A DNA stretch of 64,000 nt from an uncultured Thermoplasmatales archaeon. Its GTDB lineage: Archaea; Thermoplasmatota; E2; DHVEG-1. The notes under the pieces are model-generated. The model saw only the letters and a program-made list of their open reading frames with translations. It made no database searches and was not told where the DNA came from. Positions 50,189 through 59,896 of this stretch are shown here, piece by piece. Position numbers and translations under genes: made by a program. The number at the start of each line of letters is the position of its first letter. The first letter of the stretch is position 1. Location of the stretch: the NCBI GenBank assembly GCA_964581795.1, contig CAZOPW010000002.1, forward strand, positions 4,979-68,978, in the 5' to 3' direction.

Positions 50189-51496
50189 TTGTTCGGTGAG
50201 GGATTTATGAACCCAATAAATCAACAAGACTTTCTGCAAACAAGGAATTATGTATTAGGGAATAGAAATCCGAATCCTGATTTTGCTCTTCACATCGGAA
50301 GATTTTATGCTTTAGACGGATCACTTGGTTCCTCTGTATATATCGATGCATTAAAACCACATGTGATGATGATAGCAGGTAAGAGAGGATATGGAAAATC
50401 ATATACTCTAGGTGTTTTCTTGGAAGAATTTTCTCGTTTACCTTTATCTCTTAGGGAAAGATATACCTGTTTGGTTATCGATACATTAGGAATTTTTTGG
50501 ACTTTACACTATCCTAATAAAAAACAAAAAGATCTTCTTTCAAAATGGAATATTTCCGCAGAGCAAACACCCATAACCCTTTTTCATACGGCTCAAAAAT
50601 CTCCAGAAGCATTCAAAAACCATTCAATTGTCAAAAATTTTAAAATCCCTCCTTCTATTTTATCAATTCATCAATGGTGTGAGTTATTTCAATGTTCATT
50701 AATGGACTCTGAAGGAATTCTGTTGTCATCCTCGATTATTTCACTTCAAAACCATCGATCACAATTTGATTTAGAGGATATAAAAAAGGAAGTTCAAAAG
50801 AATACTAATGCTGATAAGAAAACACGCGAGAAGGTGAACACCTTTTTAGACCAAGCAAGGTCATGGAATTTATTTTCAGAAAAAGCAAATCCCATTTCAA
50901 GGTTAATAAAACCAGGAGAAATCATAATCATTGATTTAAGTTACCTTAAAAATAATTATTTGAAACAGACGATTACGGCAATTATTTCTGATATTTTATT
51001 TCATTATCGTGTCACTCAACGAAAAATTGAGGAATTCCAACATATTAATGATGCACCAGCAACAAAAAACAATCCTTACATTTGGTTAGCTATCGATGAA
51101 GCTCACTTATTCCTTCCAGAAAAGGAAAATTCCTATGTAAAACAAATATTACTTCAAAACTGGCTTCGTCAAGGTAGACAACCAGGACTATCACTCATGT
51201 TAGCTACACAACGACCTAGTTTCATGGATCGTGAAGTCTTTTCCCATTGTGATCTCCTATTTTGTCATCGTCTTACAGCAAATGAAGACATTCAGTCCTT
51301 GACACGATTGCGACCAACATATATGAAGGGAGATATTGAAGAAACAATTAAAAAGATAGGAACAGAGAAAGGAGTTGCTCTTCTCATTGATGATGTGGTT
51401 GAAACAACTCACATCGTCAAAATCCGTCCTCGACATAGCTGGCATGGAGGTGGAGAGCCGGAAATAAAAATAGTAAATGGAAATGAGGAAAACTGA
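50189..51496 (+). CDS. FtsK/HerA-superfamily (DUF87-type) P-loop ATPase
   Basis: Walker A AGKRGYGKSYT; Walker B WLAIDEAHLFL; 'RQGRQPGLSLMLATQRPS' is the arginine-finger/TQRP sensor signature of FtsK/HerA/VirB4 pumping ATPases. 435 aa; no HAS barrel is evident. Confidence 0.6.
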   Translation: MFGEGFMNPINQQDFLQTRNYVLGNRNPNPDFALHIGRFYALDGSLGSSVYIDALKPHVMMIAGKRGYGKSYTLGVFLEEFSRLPLSLRERYTCLVIDTLGIFWTLHYPNKKQKDLLSKWNISAEQTPITLFHTAQKSPEAFKNHSIVKNFKIPPSILSIHQWCELFQCSLMDSEGILLSSSIISLQNHRSQFDLEDIKKEVQKNTNADKKTREKVNTFLDQARSWNLFSEKANPISRLIKPGEIIIIDLSYLKNNYLKQTITAIISDILFHYRVTQRKIEEFQHINDAPATKNNPYIWLAIDEAHLFLPEKENSYVKQILLQNWLRQGRQPGLSLMLATQRPSFMDREVFSHCDLLFCHRLTANEDIQSLTRLRPTYMKGDIEETIKKIGTEKGVALLIDDVVETTHIVKIRPRHSWHGGGEPEIKIVNGNEEN

Positions 51497-52047
51497 TGAG
51501 AAAAAAGAATGAAACAAAACCGTTTCAGAAAAATACCACTGCTGCTATGTGGATACCAATCCGGCTTTTAATAAGTATTGTTATCATTTCATTTATAACC
51601 GGATTAATAGTCATTGGGTCACAACTCACTACTCAAACAGTAGAGCATAATGAGCTAAAAAATAAACTAGTTGAAATCAGATTATCTTTGGAATCGCTTT
51701 ACCAGTATGGCGAGTGCAGATCTTTGCTAAAATCATTAAATATAGCGGGGTCAACACGTGTTTTTGAATTACAAATTCCAGATACTATTTCATCTGTGCA
51801 TTTTGGAAAAAAACATGGTGAATCAAATGGTTTGAGTAGTAGTATCCGTTACGAATCAAAAGAAGGTATACACACAATTTGGTTGGATTCCGATATTCAA
51901 CTTGTTTCAGCAATAGAATTCAAAAATACGTGGCAACCAAATGAATTTCATGACGGATTTACCTTACAATCGGGAATAAACCATTTTACTGCTGAACTTG
52001 TTTGTAATGCAAGAAACCAATTCATTCTATTATACAGTAATAAATAA
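51496..52047 (+). CDS. Membrane-anchored protein (single N-terminal TM), translationally coupled to the upstream ATPase (TGATG overlap)
   Basis: 183 aa; positively charged N terminus then a hydrophobic helix (WIPIRLLISIVIISFITGLIVIG); the rest is predicted extracytoplasmic. Confidence 0.4.
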   Translation: MRKKNETKPFQKNTTAAMWIPIRLLISIVIISFITGLIVIGSQLTTQTVEHNELKNKLVEIRLSLESLYQYGECRSLLKSLNIAGSTRVFELQIPDTISSVHFGKKHGESNGLSSSIRYESKEGIHTIWLDSDIQLVSAIEFKNTWQPNEFHDGFTLQSGINHFTAELVCNARNQFILLYSNK

Positions 52048-52192
52048 AATAAATCAAATTTTAAAATATTAGGATAAATAAAAGATGAATCTATTTTTTT
52101 CAATAATAATCTTTTACTATTAAATGAAACAAATAAAAAAAAGGCTACCAATAAAAGTAAATAAGATTACAAGATACCAGTGAAGACAACAC

Positions 52193-53314
52193 ATGCCAAC
52201 TCTTACCATTGATAATAAAGATTATTTTAACGTTACAGAACAACCTTTGTCAGGTAGTTCTTTTCATAATTGGCTCAACATTCTTATTCAGAACAAATTC
52301 GATATTGATTTCCAATTTATTCCACGAGCTTTATACGTTACCGCTATGACTATTCTGCTTTCACCGTTTCGATTCTATGAAAAACGAAAATATGATGAAT
52401 TAATAACTAAGGTTCAGGTCAAAGAACCCATTTTTATTATAGGTCATTTTAGAAGTGGTACAACATTTTTACATTATCTTCTTGGACAGGATCCCAAACT
52501 GGGATATGTTTCCACTTTTGAAACAATGACTCCAGGTATGATCATTGCCAATGAGAAACTTTTTAAAAACATTGTTAAAAAACATTTACCTGCAAAAAGA
52601 CCAATGGATGATTTAGAAATGCATGCAAATCTTCCCTATGAGGAAGAATATGCGATTTCAAATATGAGTACGTATTCTTTTTATCATGGATGGTATTTTC
52701 CAAGAAATTGGATGTATTACTTTGATAAATATGTTTTATTTAAGAATATATCTCAGAGAGATAAAGAAAAATGGAAAAAAACATATGACTATTTTTTAAA
52801 GAAAATCACCTTCAAAAACAATGGAAATCATGTTTTACTGAAAAGTCCATTGAATACGGCACGAATTAAACCGTTACTTGAATTATATCCTGATGCGCGA
52901 TTTATTCATATTCATCGAAATCCGTATCACGTTTACAAATCAACATGGAAATTATATCAAAAAATACTCCCAATTTTTTCTTTTCAACACATAGATTCAA
53001 AAACTCTTGATACTTATATTTTAAAAACATATCAGAATCTTTACACAAACTTTCTCAGAGATAAACATCTCATACCAGATAAAAATCTCATTGAATTAAG
53101 TTTTGATGAATTTATTAGTGATCCGATTTCAACCATTAAAAAAACGTATGATCATCTCCGATTGACTAGTTATAATAAGGCACACCAGAATTTTGTATCA
53201 TATGCAACAAAACATAAGGATTACAAAGCAACTACCTATTCATTTACAGAGAAAGAAAAACTAAAAATTTATTCGCAATGGAAACACATGTTCAAAGCAT
53301 ATAACTATTCCTAA
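52193..53314 (+). CDS. Sulfotransferase-family protein
   Basis: 5'-PSB-like motif IIGHFRSGTTFLHY (PAPS phosphate-binding 'RSGTT'); 3'-PB-like region 'IHIHRNPYHVYKS'. 373 aa. Confidence 0.55.
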   Translation: MPTLTIDNKDYFNVTEQPLSGSSFHNWLNILIQNKFDIDFQFIPRALYVTAMTILLSPFRFYEKRKYDELITKVQVKEPIFIIGHFRSGTTFLHYLLGQDPKLGYVSTFETMTPGMIIANEKLFKNIVKKHLPAKRPMDDLEMHANLPYEEEYAISNMSTYSFYHGWYFPRNWMYYFDKYVLFKNISQRDKEKWKKTYDYFLKKITFKNNGNHVLLKSPLNTARIKPLLELYPDARFIHIHRNPYHVYKSTWKLYQKILPIFSFQHIDSKTLDTYILKTYQNLYTNFLRDKHLIPDKNLIELSFDEFISDPISTIKKTYDHLRLTSYNKAHQNFVSYATKHKDYKATTYSFTEKEKLKIYSQWKHMFKAYNYS

Positions 53315-53343
53315 TAAGTTGATAGAACGTTAAAAATATTTTT

Positions 53344-54213
53344 TTATAAGACTGCACCAACTATGATTGCAAGAACTCCGATTGCTGCAGCTGCCCGTAT
53401 TAAACCAACACTACGTTCTGTATTTCGCAAGTCTTTTAGGGTTTCCTTAATCGCATATAAACAGATAATATCAACAATACTAATAAAAATCATATAATAG
53501 ATTTTGAGTTGGCCTAAAATGTAAGGGAGTGGAGAAAGAATGATTGCTACAAGTAAAAATACTGACCCTACTATAGCTGCATTTTTTTCACCAATTCTCA
53601 TAGGCAGTGTGTTTCTTGAAAGGATATCTCCCTTCACATCTTGAACATCTTTTAATGTTTCTCTACCTGTAAACATGAAGAAGACAATTAATGATAAAAC
53701 AACTGATGAAAATGGTTTTCCTACCGCAGCTCCACCAAAGGTGAATGACATCGCGGATAAAAAAGCGACAGCGACATTTCCAGCTAACCCATAGTTTTTT
53801 AATTTTGTTTCATAGGCAAATAAGAAAATAATTGAAAATAAAACTATACCAAGGCAAATCCAATTAATAAAAAATGAAATAATCACAGCTAACCCAAAAA
53901 GGAGAAATGAAAAATAAAGTTCTTCTTTTGCAGTTAGTCGCTTGGAAGGAATTGGACGAAGTGGATGTGAAATTTTATCGATATCTCTATCGAAATAATC
54001 ATTGAAAGCCATGCTTCCTCCCCCTATTAAAAAAACAACAATTGTAGCGAGTAACAATGGAAAAGATGTATATGGAGCACCAGCTACGATTCCTCCAATA
54101 TATGCGCCGGCAAGACCTAAAATTGAAGTAATAGGTCTCATTGATTCAACAAGCGCTATACTTTTTATTGATATAGTATGATTCATGAAATAATCCCCCA
54201 GATCAATTGTCAA
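53344..54213 (-). CDS. UbiA-family prenyltransferase, digeranylgeranylglyceryl phosphate synthase-like
   Basis: About 8 TM helices. Asp-rich motif NDYFDRDIDKISHPLRPIPS (NDxxDxxxD) plus a second Asp-rich region (DVQDVKGD). 289 aa fits archaeal DGGGP synthase size. Confidence 0.65.
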   Translation of the reverse strand: MTIDLGDYFMNHTISIKSIALVESMRPITSILGLAGAYIGGIVAGAPYTSFPLLLATIVVFLIGGGSMAFNDYFDRDIDKISHPLRPIPSKRLTAKEELYFSFLLFGLAVIISFFINWICLGIVLFSIIFLFAYETKLKNYGLAGNVAVAFLSAMSFTFGGAAVGKPFSSVVLSLIVFFMFTGRETLKDVQDVKGDILSRNTLPMRIGEKNAAIVGSVFLLVAIILSPLPYILGQLKIYYMIFISIVDIICLYAIKETLKDLRNTERSVGLIRAAAAIGVLAIIVGAVL

Positions 54214-54490
54214 TAATGAATTCTAGTTAATTATAGTGTATGAATGTCAATATTTATAAATTTTCATTTATTTTTTCCTGCTATTGTCGATTTTTTTTGT
54301 CTCTAAAAATCTCTAAAAATTAATATTAAAAAAATCATTTTAGATGATATTAATGTTTCAATAACATTTTACATATTATTTATTTCTTGTATATTGATTG
54401 GTATTTTATTGGTTTTTTAATTATTTTTGGCATAACTTTTTATATATTAAATTTATAATCAATTTCCATTATAAATAATGGGGGTATATT

Positions 54491-56080
54491 ATGAAAAAAT
54501 TATTAATAACAATTTTTTTAACGATTGTATTACTAACAACTAGTTTACATTCAATGGCGAATAATCAAACAAATCAACAATCAATTAATGATTATTCTTT
54601 ACCCAAAAATGAATCTAAGAAAGTATCTGCACCAGCTGTTGTCATTGGTAACATTTCTACTACTTTTGGAAAAATTATCGTCGAAGTTAAAAATATTGGA
54701 GATGAGGCAGCCACAAATATAGACTGGAGTATACATGTGAATGGTGGTCGTTTTGGATTTATTAACAAAGATAAAACTGGAGAGATCAGCAATTTGGATG
54801 CAAAGGAAAATACTACGATTGAAACAGATTTTCTTATAGGTTTTGGAGAAATATCTGTAAATGTAACTGTGGGATCAGTAGGAAAGGTATTTGACGGATC
54901 GATTTTTTTATTTTTTATTACGGTAAATCTTGATTTTGTTGTAACATTAGATGTTATCGCAGAAGGATTTAATTCTCCATTGTATGCAACACACGCAGGA
55001 GATGGATCTAATAGAATTTTTGTTGTTGATCAAATAGGAATCATTTATGTTATCCAAAACAATCAGCTTTTAAATGAACCGTTCCTTGATATATCAAATA
55101 AACTCGTTGACCTAGATGAAACATATGATGAACGTGGATTATTGGGTCTAGCTTTTCATCCAGATTATGAATCAAATGGAAGGTTTTTTGTGTATTATTC
55201 AGCTCCAAAAAACGGTGAAGATATCAATCATGAGACAATTTTAGCAGAATATCAAGTGTCGGATAATGAAAATGAAGCAGATCCTAATACAGAACAAATT
55301 ATTCTTCATTTTGATCAACCAGAGGCGAATCATAATGGTGGTCAATTAGTATTTGGACCAGATGGTTACCTATACCTTGGATTAGGTGACGGCGGTGGAG
55401 CTGGTGATCAACATGGAAAAATTGGCAATGGACAGAATAAAAGTACTTTTCTTGGTTCAATAATTCGTATTGATATAAATTCAGCAAATCCCTATTCAGT
55501 ACCTTCTGATAATCCATTTGTTGGATCAGAGGGATTAGATGAGATTTATGCATATGGACTTCGGAATCCTTGGCGTTTTTCTTTTGATAGTGAAACAAAT
55601 AAGTTATTCGTAGCTGATGTTGGACAAAATGAATGGGAAGAAATTAATATTTTAGAAAAAGGTGGCAATTATGGCTGGCGAATTCTTGAAGCAACACATG
55701 CTTATGACCTTGATCTAGCTGATGAACTCGGTATTAACATTTCAACTTTAAAGGATCCAATTCATGAGTACAGTCACTCAGTAGGACGATCGATAACAGG
55801 TGGATATGTATATAGAGGTACTGAAAATGAAGAATTGGAAGGAAAATATATTTTTGGTGACTGGAGTTCTAGTTTTGTAAGACCACGTGGAAGCTTGTTT
55901 TATCTTGAAAAAGTATCCTCTGGTTCATGGCAACGATTTGATCTTGTGACGTCTACCTCTTTTGATCGGTTTGTTATGTCATTTGGGGAAGATGAAAATG
56001 GAGAAATTTATGTAGTAAGTAAGACAACGTTAGGTCCTACAGGATCAACGGGAGATATTAGAAAAATAAGTATAGAATAG
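54491..56080 (+). CDS. Secreted PQQ-dependent soluble glucose/sorbosone dehydrogenase (GSDH)-family beta-propeller protein
   Basis: Signal peptide; 'NHNGGQLVFGPDGYLYLGLGDGGGAGD' and 'AYGLRNPWRFSFD' are GSDH-family signatures. Confidence 0.65.
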   Translation: MKKLLITIFLTIVLLTTSLHSMANNQTNQQSINDYSLPKNESKKVSAPAVVIGNISTTFGKIIVEVKNIGDEAATNIDWSIHVNGGRFGFINKDKTGEISNLDAKENTTIETDFLIGFGEISVNVTVGSVGKVFDGSIFLFFITVNLDFVVTLDVIAEGFNSPLYATHAGDGSNRIFVVDQIGIIYVIQNNQLLNEPFLDISNKLVDLDETYDERGLLGLAFHPDYESNGRFFVYYSAPKNGEDINHETILAEYQVSDNENEADPNTEQIILHFDQPEANHNGGQLVFGPDGYLYLGLGDGGGAGDQHGKIGNGQNKSTFLGSIIRIDINSANPYSVPSDNPFVGSEGLDEIYAYGLRNPWRFSFDSETNKLFVADVGQNEWEEINILEKGGNYGWRILEATHAYDLDLADELGINISTLKDPIHEYSHSVGRSITGGYVYRGTENEELEGKYIFGDWSSSFVRPRGSLFYLEKVSSGSWQRFDLVTSTSFDRFVMSFGEDENGEIYVVSKTTLGPTGSTGDIRKISIE

Positions 56081-56093
56081 GAGAAATGATACT

Positions 56094-56819
56094 ATGATAA
56101 AAGGGAAATATATAGTTATAATTTTGATGTTTTTAATCACGATAATAATACCACTTCAAACAATTGCTCATCCACCTCAGAATATGATATTAAATTATGA
56201 TATCGAAACTGAAGAGTTATCTGTTACGATAACACATAACTCTCCTGCACCAACGGTTCATTATGTAAATAAAATTGAAATTGAAAGAAATGATGAACTA
56301 ATACGTACTGAAGAATATGAGGGTCAACCAACGACATCTGAGTATACCTATAATTATAATGTAACAGCAGAAGCTGGTGATGAATTAACAGTGACTGCTA
56401 CCTGTAATATTCAAGGTCAGATTGTTGAGTCAATTACTGTTAGAGATCCTTCTGCAGATGAACCACCGGTCATCCAAATAGTGAATCCTACAGAGGGTTA
56501 TTTCCATTTTTCAGGAATCAGATTATTTCCAACAATCGGTCTTATCGGTGATACAATGGGACTTGGGGGTTTCAGATTACAACCACTTCAAATGTATACG
56601 GAAGATGATATTGATGAGAGCAGCGATCTCATAGTAGAAGTTTACATTGATGGTGAGTTACTTGGTACTGCCGATTACAATACAGCTAATGCTTATCACG
56701 AAATTAAATGGACTGGAATTGGATTGGGAACTAAAACACTCTCAGTTACTGCAGAAGATTCAATAGGTAATATTGGTGAAGATGAAATGCAAGTCTGGTA
56801 TTTCTGTTTCATTCCATAA
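56094..56819 (+). CDS. Secreted hypothetical protein
   Basis: N-terminal signal/TM (IVIILMFLITIIIPLQTIA); no recognisable catalytic motif. Confidence 0.35.
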   Translation: MIKGKYIVIILMFLITIIIPLQTIAHPPQNMILNYDIETEELSVTITHNSPAPTVHYVNKIEIERNDELIRTEEYEGQPTTSEYTYNYNVTAEAGDELTVTATCNIQGQIVESITVRDPSADEPPVIQIVNPTEGYFHFSGIRLFPTIGLIGDTMGLGGFRLQPLQMYTEDDIDESSDLIVEVYIDGELLGTADYNTANAYHEIKWTGIGLGTKTLSVTAEDSIGNIGEDEMQVWYFCFIP

Positions 56820-57018
56820 ACTCAATAAATAGTATTGAAAAATTATAAAACGATAATTTGAACATTCAAAATCTAATTAAACCAGTAAAATAAATTTAGG
56901 TATTTCGCAGTAGATTCTAATAGAATATTATATTTTTTCCACTTAATTGTAGATAAATTATACATATTATATTGAATATTTAACAAATATATGACAAAAA
57001 AGGTTATATATAACTATA

Positions 57019-59679
57019 TTGATTGATTTTATGGGAGATTATATGAGTTTAAATAAGATGGCTGCAGTAATGATAACAATATTTTTTTGCTTTTCATTTA
57101 TTGGATTAACCACTGCATTTAATTTGGGAGTAGAACAAATTGATGAATATGAAAAAAACCATTATTCAATGTTAATGGATATCCCACCCAATAAAGAGAA
57201 TTCTTTATCTCGATTAAATCCAGATCCACAACCTACCATAACATCTGATGATTTACCGAGCCAATTCAGTTGGACTAATTATAATGGAAATTGGATGACA
57301 CCAGTTGAGGATAACGGCGAATGTGCTTCTGGTTGGGCTATTGTTGCCCTCGGTGCTTTTGAAGCCGCAATAAACATTGCATCTGGGAATCCTGATTTAG
57401 ATATAGAATTATCAGAGCAATATGTCCTTTCTTGCCTGAGTGATTCAGGTAGTTGCTATGGGGGTTGGATGAGCGATGCTATTACATTAATTCAGAGCAC
57501 CGATCCAGGACCGAGTGGAAATGGAATCAATGGATGTACTGTTGAATCATGTATGCCATATCAAGGAGATGATACTATACCCTGTAGTGATAAATGTCAA
57601 GACTGGGATTATCATACAGATCCACCACAAGAAGATAATAAACTCTGGCAAATAGAAAGTTATGGTGTTTCCACTTTTTCTGAGGATAGCGAACAGGATT
57701 GGAACATTATGAAATCATGGATAATTGAACATGGACCAATAGTTGCTGATTTGTATGCTAGTAGTGACTTTATTAACTGGGGGCTACAACACCATAGTTC
57801 TAGTGATGTTTATCAAATGGATGACGATGGTATGACAAACATAGGTGTAGTTATATGCGGATGGAAAGATGATGCTAATGTGTTGAATGGCGGATATTGG
57901 ATTATTAAAAATAAATGGGGTACAGGCTGGGGATATGGTGGTTATGCAAATATTGCTTATGGCTGTAATAGTCTCGGAACTAGAGATGTCACTTGGATTG
58001 AAGCAGAAGAATGGGAGAATGGAGGGATAACGCCGTTTGATCGACAGGTAATCCCTGATTTTGAAATGAATCCAATATATCCACATCCTGGTGATATAAT
58101 TACGTTTACAGATACCTCAAAAGGAGAAGCGGTAATGCATGAATGGGATTTTAATGGTGATGGAATTATTGATTCAACCAAAGAAAATCCAACATGGACA
58201 TATGATATAGAGGATACATTTAATATCACCTATTCAGTGGTCAGCAAATGGGGATTTAGAAACACACTCTCTGATTCTATTGAAGTTCGATCAATTTGGC
58301 CTCCAAAAGCCAAGATTAACCCAAGTGATATAGTAGATAATGAACTTGAATACACATTTGATGCTCGCTATTCCACTGATAGAGACGGAGGAACTATTGT
58401 CAGTTATCAATGGGATTTTGATGATGGAACAACAGCAAAAGGAAGTACTGTTACTCATTCATTTTCAAAACCAGATAAACAATATGATGTAACATTGACT
58501 ATCATCGATGATGATGGGGCAAGTGAATCAACAGTATGTACCGTAAAAATTGATCAATCGGTTCCACCAGTAACAACTATTACTCATGGCATTGGTGATA
58601 AAACAAAAGAATGGTATAACAATATACAACGAATCACTTTTGGAGCGAGTGACTGGAGTGAAGTCATAGAAACATATTATAGAGTTAATGATGGAGAATG
58701 GAAACAAATAACATCTGGAGAATGTATTTATCTTGCATCTGAAGGGCAATATACTATAGATGCCTATTCAGTCGATTATTATGGAAATGAGGAAATTCCT
58801 GTAACTGAAACGTTTGGTATTGATAAAGATGCTCCATCTATTTCAGCAGCTACAACAGGAGAAAAAGAAAATGGATGGTTTACTTCACCTACAACGGTTT
58901 CTCTAACTGCTTCCGATGATTTTTCGGGATTGGATTCTATCATGTATAAAATAGATAATAGCGGATGGAAAATATATACAGATAGTTTTACCGTTGATGA
59001 TGGTCGACATCACATTTGGGCTGTTGCATCTGATAATGCAGGAAATATAGTTGAGGAGAAGTTAATAGTAAACGTCGATAGCAGTCCACCAATGGCAGAT
59101 TGCTCATATAATGGAGAAGGAAGCAATAATAAATTTTTCCGATCTGTAAACGTCTGCGTTTATGGTGTAGATAAAGGAAGCGGAGTTGATAGTGTATTTT
59201 ACCGATTAGAGGGAGCTGATTTCAAGGAATACACAAAACCAATTGAAGTGAACACAATTGGGGAGCATACCATCGAATTTTATGCTGTTGATATACTTGG
59301 AAACAAAGGTAAAACTGAGTCAGAAACCTTTATTGTGTCACCAGTGAACTTTGAAATGATGTTAGATAAACCTAGGAGTAACCTTTACGTATTTGGCCTT
59401 GAATTATTCACTTTGAAAAACCCAATTATCATCGGCCCGATGGAGGTCATAGTTACTCTTGATTCGTTTACAACTCATCCGCCACTTGTTGATCATGTAG
59501 AATTTTATTTAGATGGTCAATCAATGGAAATTGACACGAGTACACCGTTCACCTGGCGAATGGAAGGTAGTTTATATGGGAGTCATAGTCTTTGTGTTGA
59601 AGCAGTAACCACCACTGATTTCTCAGAAACTGAAAGAATTATTTCTGAAAACGTTGATGTTATCTGTATCATACCATAA
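57019..59679 (+). CDS. Secreted papain-like (C1) cysteine peptidase homolog fused to PKD domains
   Basis: Signal peptide. 'NGECASGWAIVALGAFEAA' is a catalytic-Cys region resembling the papain 'CGSCWAFS'. 'IIKNKWGTGWGYGGYANI' resembles the papain 'IKNSWGTGWGENGYIRI' (Asn175 region). At least two PKD repeats (WDFNGDGIIDS...; WDFDDGTTAKGSTVTHSF). Confidence 0.55.
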   Translation: MIDFMGDYMSLNKMAAVMITIFFCFSFIGLTTAFNLGVEQIDEYEKNHYSMLMDIPPNKENSLSRLNPDPQPTITSDDLPSQFSWTNYNGNWMTPVEDNGECASGWAIVALGAFEAAINIASGNPDLDIELSEQYVLSCLSDSGSCYGGWMSDAITLIQSTDPGPSGNGINGCTVESCMPYQGDDTIPCSDKCQDWDYHTDPPQEDNKLWQIESYGVSTFSEDSEQDWNIMKSWIIEHGPIVADLYASSDFINWGLQHHSSSDVYQMDDDGMTNIGVVICGWKDDANVLNGGYWIIKNKWGTGWGYGGYANIAYGCNSLGTRDVTWIEAEEWENGGITPFDRQVIPDFEMNPIYPHPGDIITFTDTSKGEAVMHEWDFNGDGIIDSTKENPTWTYDIEDTFNITYSVVSKWGFRNTLSDSIEVRSIWPPKAKINPSDIVDNELEYTFDARYSTDRDGGTIVSYQWDFDDGTTAKGSTVTHSFSKPDKQYDVTLTIIDDDGASESTVCTVKIDQSVPPVTTITHGIGDKTKEWYNNIQRITFGASDWSEVIETYYRVNDGEWKQITSGECIYLASEGQYTIDAYSVDYYGNEEIPVTETFGIDKDAPSISAATTGEKENGWFTSPTTVSLTASDDFSGLDSIMYKIDNSGWKIYTDSFTVDDGRHHIWAVASDNAGNIVEEKLIVNVDSSPPMADCSYNGEGSNNKFFRSVNVCVYGVDKGSGVDSVFYRLEGADFKEYTKPIEVNTIGEHTIEFYAVDILGNKGKTESETFIVSPVNFEMMLDKPRSNLYVFGLELFTLKNPIIIGPMEVIVTLDSFTTHPPLVDHVEFYLDGQSMEIDTSTPFTWRMEGSLYGSHSLCVEAVTTTDFSETERIISENVDVICIIP

Positions 59680-59896
59680 TAATGTAGCAAAATCTATCTC
59701 CCCTTTTCATTAGTATTCATAATAGTGGAATTTCAATTTAGAAAAAAATAGTGTTTCACTGGACTATCTCAGAGATATAGTGTAATTCAGTACCTTTTTA
59801 TACCTTTGATTGTATGGTAGTAAAACTGTAGAGACTAATCCTTATATTTTCAAAGTGATTACCCAATCAAATGCTTAATTATGGTAGTGATGTAGG

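Noticed and set aside
51496-52047. Class III (prepilin-like) signal peptide on the 183-aa TM protein
   Set aside because: The N-region (MRKKNETKPFQKNTTAAMW...) lacks a convincing (K/R)-(G/A)-hydrophobic cleavage motif. It is called only a membrane-anchored protein.
54300-54320. Tandem direct repeat tctctaaaaa x2 upstream of the GSDH gene; considered CRISPR or satellite
   Set aside because: There are only two 10-bp units with no spacers. It is most likely a simple duplication in AT-rich promoter DNA.
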